This document shows positions 54,220 to 64,000 of a DNA stretch of 64,000 nt, in pieces. The notes beneath the pieces are model-generated. The model saw nothing but the letters and a program-made list of their open reading frames with translations. It did not search any database and was not told the origin of the DNA. The stretch spans positions 1,715,923 through 1,779,922 of the forward strand of contig BDGG01000001.1 in NCBI GenBank assembly GCA_001949185.1, read 5' to 3'. The first letter of the stretch is position 1. Every line of letters begins with the position of its first letter. The DNA comes from Ramazzottius varieornatus. Taxonomy: Eukaryota > Animalia > Tardigrada. Made by a program: the position numbers and the translations under genes.

Positions 54220-55682
54220 AAGGCTGATGGTAGCATCGAAGTGAACACTGACCAGAGATGTTCAAAGCATTGATGAAGTAATGAACGGAGGTTTCTCAAG
54301 AAGTGCGTATTCAAAGGGCTGGAAGAGCGCGAGTGTGAAACAAGGAAGCGGAAAGGACGATGAAAGGAGCAATAACAGACAGCCGATAAGGCGTGAATAA
54401 AGTCGGCAAGTTTGAGCTTTGATCTTTATCAAATTGGACCAAGCCTTGGAGCAACGCAGAGGAGGAACTCTTCGGCCGTGATGGTTGCCGCATCGATCTC
54501 CAGCGTCCCAGCGTGCCATTTATTGGCGAACTACTACACTATGTTGATTGTCACCTTTCATGAAAGAGCTGGTGGTTGTACGGGTGATGAGTCTCCAAGT
54601 TGTTGGTGAATTGTCAGACACCATTAGCAAACAGTCAAAAGTGGATTGAGCTTGACGCTGCATGGAGCTCCTGGAGCACATCTCGGTGGGATTCTTGATA
54701 TCATTTAAACCTGATCCAAATGTATCAACCGGTACTGGACAGCAAGCGAATTTTGTTGGCACAGATATTGCAGATGTCCGCTATAAAACAAAAATAAATA
54801 AATGGGGCAGAAACGTAGGAAACAGTGCTGAAAGAAAAGCGGATAGGAAACAATTTTATAAGAAAACAATCTTGAGGATACAGTACGAGGTAAAGGTTGT
54901 AAACTTGGCCACCCCATACTGGGTTTGCAAAGTTAGCCACGGCTGTGGCGCCTATCGCTTGATTGACTATTTGATTGTCAGTCTTGGCTGTTTAACATGA
55001 GATTTCAACGTTCTTTTAACTGCGGATCTCTTGGATTCTCTGACTTCTCGTGTTAACTGTGCCTATTACCATTCGACAGCTCATTATTTTATCTTTCGAT
55101 CTATCCTTAAAAGTTTGGGATTGAGTGGTAGAGAACAGGCGAACTTAGACGGCTAACTTTACAAACCCGGTATGGGACGGATAACTTTACAACCTTTCCC
55201 TCGTACGTACATACAAACAGGGAGGCTTCGACCGACTTCAGCTAGCCGGTCACCTTAGCTAGGCCAGTGCAAAAAGACGAGAGCATGTGTTGTTTTCGAG
55301 AGTAGCGAGTAGTGTTTTTCTTCGTTTTTTTCAGATACTGTTTTGTTCTTGTGATCCGCGGATAGAGAATTGGATGATGAGCCTGCGTACACGTGTACCG
55401 GTAGAGACCGTTGAGTCCTGCTGCCCAGCAGCGAGAGAACTGGTCCACATTAATGCCACCACCCACCCAGGGTACACCCGTATTTTCAGGGGAAACCCTC
55501 GTGTTCCCTCGTCGGATGACCTCGTTGTTGAATCGTTGTTTTGGAAATTTCGTTAACAGACTAAGTCTTAACAGTTGAAGGTTTTTCTCCGGCAAGAAGT
55601 CTTCGGAAAAGCAACGATCTCTTGGCTGTCATATCGGTTGCTGCTGGCGCGGAAAGCTTGGGACAACTGATACTTACGAAGG

Positions 55683-58600
55683 ATGGATCTGGCGGCATTC
55701 AGCCAGCTTCTTCACCGACTAAAGAACACCGACAACGCCGCCAGAAAGGAGGCAGAGGTATGTGAATGATGCGGCTGTCCATTGCGAAATACTTTCGCGT
55801 GTGGGGTTGAACTGGTTTTCTTCGTATTTCAGGATGTTTTCGCGCAGCTCGAACCTGATTTCAAAGCCGTCAACCTGTTGAAGATCATTGGATCAGCACG
55901 TCCCACAGATCCCGCGGAAGTCGAGGTAAGATGGATATCTAGCCAATCAAGTCATCCCTAGTGTTCTTCGCATACGTTGATTGACTTATCAGTTACGACA
56001 TTTTTGGGAAATTTCGTTGGTTTTGAAACGTTTTGGTGGATTGTTTCGTAGATCGCTCTTTTGGCTTCGGTTCTTCTTCGTCGTCTCATCACAAGTGATT
56101 TCAGCAAATTCTACCAAAAGTTTACTCCAGAGAACCAGCGTTCCTTCCGCAATGAACTGCTGCGTCTCCTTCACGCCGACATTTCCCGCGACAAGACCCT
56201 CAAGAAGAAAATCTGTGATGCCATCACCGAAGTCCTCCGTAACATCCAGGAAGAAGGGGAACTGAGTTGGAAAGAACTCATCGAGTTTGTCTCCAACTCC
56301 CTCAGCGGACAAGAGAAACACCTCCAGCAATGCGCTTTGATGATTTTGAGGTGAGTCACCAAAACTATTTTTCTGGAATGTTCGGCTGTGGTGATTTATT
56401 CGATCATTCTCCTTTCAGTGATTATCCTGGGTTGTTCGGGGAAGAAGGTCGCAAGAAGATCACGCAACTGAAGACGCTGATCATTCGCGCGACGTCCGAT
56501 GAGAACTTTGAAATTCAGCAGCTGGCGGTGACGACGTTAATTCAGTTCATCATTGAAAACATCGAAGAAGATGAGGAAAAGCGCTTCATCAAGAATTTTC
56601 AGGATTGTATGTCGCATATCTACCGTGTGGCAGCAGAGTCCATCAAGCATGAAGATCCGACGGTGTTGAAGAACGTCATCGAGCTGGTGGAACATTGCCC
56701 GAAACTCTTCCGACAAGATATTCTAGCTCTGTTCGACTTCGCCACAACGGTACGTATGATTTTCCTTCCGTTCGTGACTTCCCAAAGTCACAGTATCGTT
56801 CCTGTTTTTTGGACGTTTGAAAGCCGGCTCTGGCTGGGCAAGAAAACTACCAGGTCTTTTTCTCAAGTGGCGCACTCTTCCAGTATTATTGGACGGTACC
56901 ATGCGCCACTCGCAGAATCGTTCTAGTCGAACAAACTACCAGATCGTTTTTTTCCTAGTGGCGCACTTTTCCGGTATTATTAGCTGGAAGCGTGCACCCC
57001 TTGCAGAAACGATGTGGTCGAGTCTGTTTGCTCAGCTTCCATTTGTATTTCAAAATTCTCACTACTCTATCTCTTTACAGACTATGAACAACCAGAACCT
57101 CGAACAAGATCTACGTCAGCTCGCCATGGAACTTCTGACGACATTGTGTGAGTCAGCACCGCAGATTGTCCGGAAGCAAGCTGAACCGAAAATTGCACCG
57201 TTTGGTAAAAATATGATCAATCCTTTGTCGTCGCTGAGGCGGTGTTGATACTGGGAAGTTATAGTTGTTCTTGTTTGTAGTGATGGGCATGCTGCTGATG
57301 ATGACGGAGCTCGAAGAGGACGAAGAGTGGTTGAAAGCTGACGAAAACAAGACGGAAGATGAAGACTCCAACTCCTACGTAGCTGAAAGCTCCATTGATC
57401 GTGTCGCATGTGCGCTAGGAGGAAAAGTCATGCTGAGACCGCTGCTGAACACCTGCCACGAAATGCTTCAACACAATGGTGAGACACTTTCGAACATTAA
57501 TAATTTTGGCAAGTCGGCAAACGCAGCTTGCAAGATCGTCATCTCAATTGGCGCGCGTTTCCATTGTTATGGGCTGGAAGTATGCGCCAGTGTGAGTAGC
57601 GATCTCGTTTGAAAACTCCCATTTCACTTCGGGGGCTTTCGACGCATTCCCTTCCTCTTGAACCATAGCTGGTCCCCTTCTGGTGGACCGGATAGGGAAT
57701 GTTCCTTTCTTTATAGACTGGCGCTTCCGTCACGCGGCGCTTATGGCGATCTCGGCTACCGGTGAAGGTTTGACCAAGTCGATGGAAAAACATATGGATG
57801 AGATTGTCAAAGTCTGCCAGAATAGCATCGTCGATCCCGTAAGTCTTAAGACTTAGTAGTTCCTCAACTCAATGTTTTCTTGGTATGTTTTCGTATTTTT
57901 TGAGTTTTTTCTACGAGTTATTTACGGCGGAATTGGGTTTGTAGCATCCACGAGTTCGTTACGCAGCCTGTAACTGCTTCGGCCAGCTCTCCACCGACTT
58001 TGCCCCCAACTTCCAAAAGAAATTCAAGAGCGTGGTGATTGAGACGCTGCTGTCGACAGTCACGAAGGATCCCGAACCCAGAGTCCAGTCGCATGCCGTG
58101 GCGGCACTGATCAACTTCACCGAAGAATGCGACGTCAAGATTTTGTCCAAGTTCTTGGACCCGTTGCTGACGGTACTGTATGGCACTTTGGAAACCAAGT
58201 TCAAAGAGGTACGTCTTCCGTGGTTGTCCTCCTTTGTCCTTTGACTAGTTTTCTCAGTGGTATTTTGGTTTTTTAGTTTCAAGCCACCGGAAAGAAACTG
58301 GTGTTGGAAAATGTGATCACTGTCATTGCTTCCATTGCGGACAAGATCGAGGATAAGTTTTCTCCGTATTACGACAAGTAAGTCTGGTGCTCTTTATCTT
58401 TTTCTAAGGATGACAATGGATTGCAGTGGAAGACTGAGGATTTATTGTGTAGGTTTATGCCGTACCTGAAGTTCATCGCGCAGAACATCAGCCAGAAGGA
58501 GTTCCGCTTGTTGCGCGGCAAGGCCATCGAGTGTATCTCTCTCATCGGCATGTGCGTGCCGAAACAACAGGTATAATTTTGGGGTTGTGAATGCTTTGTA

Positions 58601-61547
58601 GGGTCTTTATCAGACGATTTCTGCATCAGGAAAGGAACGTCCAGATTTCTGATAGATCTCTGAGGGTGTTTTACTGGTTTTCATAATTTTTCATCTACCA
58701 GCATACATTGGTGTTGCAACAATGGTTCAGGTCCCTGTATGCAGGTGCTTGAAGTGTCGTTCCTCTGGGTTTAGCGTTCACGAGGAGTGTTTGCTGACTT
58801 GTTATGGGTTACTTTTCAGTTCTTCCAAGATGCTAACGAAGTCATGCAGATGCTTCTCAAGACTCAGACTGGTGAAGATCAACTAGAAGCTGACGACGTG
58901 TCTTACTCTTACTACATCAATGCCTGGGGACGCATCTGTCGCATCCTCGGCAAAGAGTTCGCTCCGTACTTACCGCTGGTCATGCCACCGGTTCTTCGAG
59001 CCGCCGAACAAAAGGCCGAGATCTCGGTGGTGGACGAGGACGATGTGGAGGCTCATGAAGAGGACGGCGATTGGACCTTTATGAACATTAGCGGGGACAA
59101 ACAGAACGTGGGCATCAAGACGGCCGGACTGGACGAGAAGTCGGACGCCCTGGACATCATCCGAACATACGCTCAAGAACTGAAGGGCGAGTTTGCGCCC
59201 TACTTGGACCAGACCATCAAGCTGGTGGTGGATACGCTGAACTTCTTCGTTCACGAAGGTAAAAAGATTATTAAAATGGGAGCTCAGACCTTTTTCGTAA
59301 GTGACGCACGTTTCCGCCAATAAAGCTATGAACGTGCGCCACTGGGGAGAACGATCTTGTCGTCCGGGTTTGCCGAGCTCCGAAATAACTTCGATATCGT
59401 CCACTCTAACAGGAGAAAGTAACAACGGAAAAAGAAAAACGTTGCAAGTTTCTGAACTGGTGATTCGGCAGAAAAGGGCAGAAGATATTTTTCTCTGTGA
59501 AGTAGCAATATTTTGTGTTATTTTTCCAGGATGTCGACAGAACGCGGCTGGAGCTATCCCGCGCTTGCTGGATGTGGCCAAGACTCGGGGACATCCCTAC
59601 ATGTTAGAGATGTGGCGCTTCGTCTACCCGAAGCTGATGCAGTCGATGAAGGACGAACCGGACACCGAGACCTTGGGAGACAAGCTGGGCTGCTTGGCCG
59701 AGGTAAGTCTACGGCTTCGTTCGATCTCTTCTCACCACCAACATTCATTTGATGATAGTGGTAATGTCTTGCAGTCGGTGGTTGTGGTGGGCTCTGACGC
59801 GCTGCAGGAAGCCGATGTGGAGGAGATTTTCAAGGCCATGGAGACTACTTTGGACGAGTACTTTACTCGCGCTGATGATCGAATGAGTAAGAGAGCTTGT
59901 TTCCCCGGTTGATAGCGTGGGCCCTTTTGGGGGGTCAAGTCGCGAATATGGTTGGTCGTTGTAGAAATGCGAAATGATGATGACTATGACGAGGAGATGC
60001 AGGAGAACTTGGATGGAGACGCCAAGAGTGACTACTACTTGGTCTCTCGCATCAGCGACGTCGTCCACCATCTTTTCAAAGTCTATGGAGCTGCTATGTG
60101 TGGCCGCTTTGAGAAGTTCTTGAGCAGCTTGATGAAGCTAACAGTAAGCCGGGAAGAAAAGATAGCGAGTGGTTTTTTTACTGGTTTGTTGTTGTTGCTG
60201 CTGTTGAACTTCCGGTTGAACGACCTATGCTGAAAAATTGTCTCTTTTCAGGGAGCCGGACGTCCATTTCAAGAACTTCAATGGGCCATTTGTACCTTTG
60301 ACTCGCTACTTCAGTACGCCGGAGAGGTAAGAGATGAAATCGATAAATGTTCCTCTTTGCTGTTCCGAAATACAAATGGGAACGAAACGCGCGAGATCTT
60401 TGTTTGAAGTGGCGAATGTTCTCATTGTTATGGACTGGAAGAGTGCGCCAGTTGAGAAAAGGAGGTTGTACGTTTCGTTAACCGGTTCCCGAATTCTTCT
60501 GTGGTTGTTGAGATGACTTTGGATGTTATGTGGTTTGCAGAAAGCTGCAATGTATAAGGAGCTCTTTGTCCCAATTTTCAAAGTGGGGATTCGTCATGCC
60601 GAAGCGCCAGTCCGACAAGCTGCGGCTTTCGGTTGGGGCTTGATGGCTCAACATACCGGCGACGCGCTGACTGCCGAATGCGCCGAGGTTCTTCCAGTCC
60701 TTCTCGAGATCATCAGCCACCAGAACGCCCGAGCGGAAGAGAACGAAGGCCCAACTGAGAACTGCATTTCGGCCATCGTACGCTTTTTAAAATACCGACC
60801 CAAGATCATCGAAGCCCATGGAGCCATCGACGCCATGATTCCCCACTTTGTCAGCTGGCTGCCGGTAAGATGCATATAACACTGACAAGAAGATTACAAG
60901 CAGCAGAATTGGCGAACTTTTCAGACGAAAATATTATTTATGGAAATTGAATATTCGAAATGAGTTAGAAGAAAACAAGATTTTACCCAGATCATCGTTT
61001 CGAGTGGCGCAAATTTTCATTGTTACGGGCTGAGTGTGTGCGCCAGTCTGGAGGAGAATGATCTGGGTGGATTCTTTTGCCGACGTTCTACTGTATATTC
61101 GCCAGATTATGAAGGTTCGCTGGATTGAAACTTGGAATATCTTCGTAGGTTTACATTGATCCTGATGAGACGCCGGTCATCTACGACTACTTTGCCGACC
61201 TGATCGAGCGCAACCATCCAGCGGTAGTCGGACCAAACTTCGCCAACCTACCCAGAATTGTCGGCATCGTCGCGGAAGCCTTCGAGAAGGACGCGGTGGA
61301 GGAAGACGAGAGTGGTGGACAGGCCAATGTCGTGTACAACCGACTGGTCAACATCATCAAGCATATTCAGGTAAGTGAAGTCGGCTGAAGTTCTTTTGGT
61401 GAGAGGACATATTAAAGTGTTTTGGTTTTGTGCTTGCAGCAAGACAGCAACTTATTCCAGAATATCGTCAGTGGACTGAGCCAAGACCAGCAGGAAGCCT
61501 TGATGAAAGCCTTGACGAGTCCTCCGCGAGCGGTGAATGCTGCTTGA
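55683..61547 (+). CDS. IPO5: Importin-5 (karyopherin beta-3 / RanBP5), multi-exon
   Basis: [103 protein letters not shown]. Confidence 0.95.
56832..57040. repeat. Intronic GGCGCAC palindrome family, tandem pair in IPO5 intron
   Basis: Cores 56866-56910 and 56957-57001, both with 25-nt spacers. Confidence 0.88.
57513..57607. repeat. Intronic GGCGCAC palindrome family, copy in IPO5 intron
   Basis: Core 57547-57591, spacer gtttccattgttatgggctggaagt (25 nt), GATC on both sides. Confidence 0.88.
59278..59381. repeat. Intronic GGCGCAC palindrome family, copy in IPO5 intron
   Basis: Core 59300-59343 with 24-nt spacer; right arm gatcttgtcg..gtttgccgagctcc. Confidence 0.88.
60392..60455. repeat. 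Intronic GGCGCAC palindrome family, copy in IPO5 intron
   Basis: Core 60408-60452 with 25-nt spacer. Confidence 0.82.
60986..61067. repeat. Intronic GGCGCAC palindrome family, copy in IPO5 intron
   Basis: cccagatc..core 61003-61047 (25-nt spacer)..gatctggg. Confidence 0.88.
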
Positions 61548-61895
61548 AGATTTTGAGCAGATGTTGGTGATCAGATTTCCAAACTATTTAAAATATCCCG
61601 CTTTTTTCAAGAACGATGAGATGTCTGGTCTGTTAAACTTATCTATGTGGAACCTTCAATCTGATATGTTACTTTGAGTGAGGAAAAGAATGGTTGGATC
61701 GGTGTTGCTGTTTTTATGGATTCTGTTGATGGAATAAAATTGGTAGTGATTGCCGAAGCGGTAAATATATCACGGTAAATAATATATCGGTAATCGTGAG
61801 TAAACTGTAGACGCGGTTTCAACTAATAATTACCGCTGTCCCCAAAAATTCATTATTCGAACGACATATTTCGATAAAATCTAGAGGCAAGAGAG

Positions 61896-63248
61896 TCAAC
61901 ACTCCAGATGTCTACATAACAGGTATCTTCTTTCAAAGGCCACGTCGGTATGTCGTGCTACTCGGTTGCAAGCTGGACATACCAACTTCATGTTTGGGTT
62001 GTCCCCCAACGCTTCAAAGTGGAGTCTGTAAAGTTCTTTGATACAGATTTTCATCCCTGTCTCTGCCGCTTCCCTGATTAACCCTCTTGCTGAGCGCAAC
62101 TTCTTTGCTTCCTTACTGAGTTGTTTGGTGACTTCGGAGGTTGCCGAGTCTCCAACGAGAGCCCACCTGACAACCGAAAGGCCCAAGAAATGGTCGAATG
62201 GCCAGGTCCCTATTGATTCCTTCGGGAAGCCGGCCTCGTACCCATTAGTCTTGCTTCCGTACGGGCAAAAGGTTGCGTTGTACGGCCCGGTGCATATCAC
62301 CGTTCCGTCCAGCATACATATTCTACGCACTGCGTCACGGTCGATTATCGATGAAGGTGGGTACAGCGTCCGTAGAGATTCGAACTGCCTTTTCGCGTGG
62401 GTCCACACAGGTTCAAACTCGGCCCACCGTTTATTGCGATTCATCTCATCCTCGACTTTTCCTTTCGTTGACTGCCACCAGGTAATCATCCGCTGTTTGA
62501 AAGTTTGCTCCACGATCTAAATTACTAACGGACAAGAGATGCACAATGATCGCAGGAGGATAACTTCTGGGAAAAACGCCTAGTGAAACTATTCGCCCCG
62601 AAGCGTTTATTTACCTTCGTTTTCGATAGCTCCTTCTCTCCAACGAAGAAATCTGGATCGCCATCGGGAGTGTTGAACAAAATTGCCTCGAGCTTGGCGA
62701 TTTTTGCTTTTTCTTGTGCTACTTTTTGAATCAGGGTCTGGATGATGATACTGTCCAAAACATCCTCCTCTTCCGTAGAGTTCTTGCTCGTAGGTAGTGA
62801 CGAAATGTGGGTCTGCAGGAAATCAAGTCTTCCCCTTGCAATCCGCATTCGATCTCCGGATGATTCCTGTTCAAGAAGCTCGTACACACAAGCAATCTAG
62901 CGAAGCTATAGAGTGTAAATAGATACCTGAATTATCACAGGTGAAATTGGGATTTGGTACTTTAAGAAAACTTCCGGTTACCTGCAAGATTCGTTCGTTC
63001 TTGTTGAACTTGTCCAGCGCGGGATTATCCTGTAATTTGATAAAGCTCCGGATGTGTACACGATCCCACTTAGAAATGAATGTGGTCTTTCGTAAGCCAT
63101 TAAGGAAGCTGGATGCGCACAGACTTTTCATGGCGAGGGTGTGATCTTGTCTTCTAAGTTGAGAACAAATCCAGATGGAGATCGTAAATGAAAATTCCGC
63201 AGATCTGAACAGAGTTTGATTATATCCTTTGATTACATCCTCATTCAT
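61896..63248 (-). CDS. Divergent caspase-activated DNase (DFF40/CAD)-like His-Me nuclease, at least 3 exons, no CIDE-N domain visible; 5' end uncertain
   Basis: In-frame GT-AG splicing at 62982/62896 and 62615/62516. Motifs DPDFFVG, IIDRDA, ICMLDGTVICTGPYNATFC, TNGY, GTWPFDH, LYRLHF and NMKLVCPACN are collinear with CAD DPPWFEG, YFDRGA, LCTPEGWFSCQGPFDMDSC, INPY, STWNLDH, FYGLLF and NLKLVHIVCH. Confidence 0.72.
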
Positions 63249-63742
63249 TGACGACCTCTACGGTATTCCGGATGGAGGACAATCACCGCAAATGTGTTTT
63301 TGCCAAAAACTGAACAGGCACAGGTCTCGTTACCAGCGGTATTAGGTATTACCCGGGTATTTAACAGGTAATACCTAATGCTAAGCTATGAATACCTCCG
63401 GTATTTGAATTAGGTAATACCGATACCGCGTTTGACACTGGTTTTTGGTTTCACCTTCCCAAAAAAAGCACTGATTCTCGAACGAATAATAATCCCGTTC
63501 ACAAGCCATGCAGCCTGAAGTTCAAAGCGCGATTCCGATTGGTCGTAGCCAGAAGCGTCTTCTTTTTTTATTCTCTGGCTTATTCAAGCCAGCTCTGGCC
63601 CCGAACAAAATCATTTTCGTACGAGATTGTGGCATGGTTTTTTCTGTCTTTCCATTTTGGACCCTGTTGGTTTACAGATCTTCGTTTTTTAAGGTTTTGA
63701 CTTCGGTACATGGTCTAGTCGAAACCAAACTGTCAAGTACTC

Positions 63743-63946
63743 TCATAATGCGGGAATGAAAATGTTCTTGAGCTCGACGGTAGGTTTCAGGTACTGGAGA
63801 GATTCAGCTTTGAAGCTGAGGGTTTGGACGTATTGCTGCATCTGCGTGGAGATGGCTTGTTCGTCCTTGGGATCGTAGTGTCCGGACAGCAGATCCATGT
63901 AGCGCTGGGTGGCCAGGGCCGACTTCCTGGGGCTTCTGCCTGCCAT
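63743..63946 (-). other. Short exon-like ORF of unknown function
   Basis: Preceded by a 3' splice site (ttctgtttgcag, about 63963), ATG at 63946, 67 aa; no recognisable domain. Confidence 0.25.
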
Positions 63947-64000
63947 CTCGTGTCTCCTGTACCTGCAAACAGAAAAGTCGATCGATTCAAAACGATCTGC

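Noticed and set aside
54255-54270. Selenocysteine readthrough of the in-frame TGA
   Set aside because: No redox motif context and no SECIS recognised.

Overview
A gene-dense 64 kb piece of a compact invertebrate animal genome with many short spliceosomal introns. The intron sizes and the retention of ERCC6 and cobalamin-dependent MTR suggest a non-insect, possibly a tardigrade; this is inference only. Recognisable genes in order: GPCPD1 (partial), ERCC6/CSB, LAMTOR2, ECD, MRPL58/ICT1, SQSTM1/p62, a 109-aa prothymosin-like acidic protein, Hippo (STK3/4), Yorkie/YAP, a securin-like gene, NUDT9, MTR, IPO5 and a divergent CAD/DFF40-like nuclease. Hippo and Yorkie are head-to-head. One large MTR intron holds nested DNA transposons and an intron-containing tRNA-Tyr. 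Several DNA transposons have readable TIRs and TSDs, including a hAT whose TIR is interrupted by a second hAT MITE. The most striking unexplained structure is a ~120-135 bp palindromic element, core AGTGGCGCAC-N24/25-GTGCGCCACT flanked by GATC. It occurs in 19 copies, all inside introns, and other long introns carry unrelated palindromes of the same geometry. Exon boundaries were read by eye, so coordinates may be off by a few bases.
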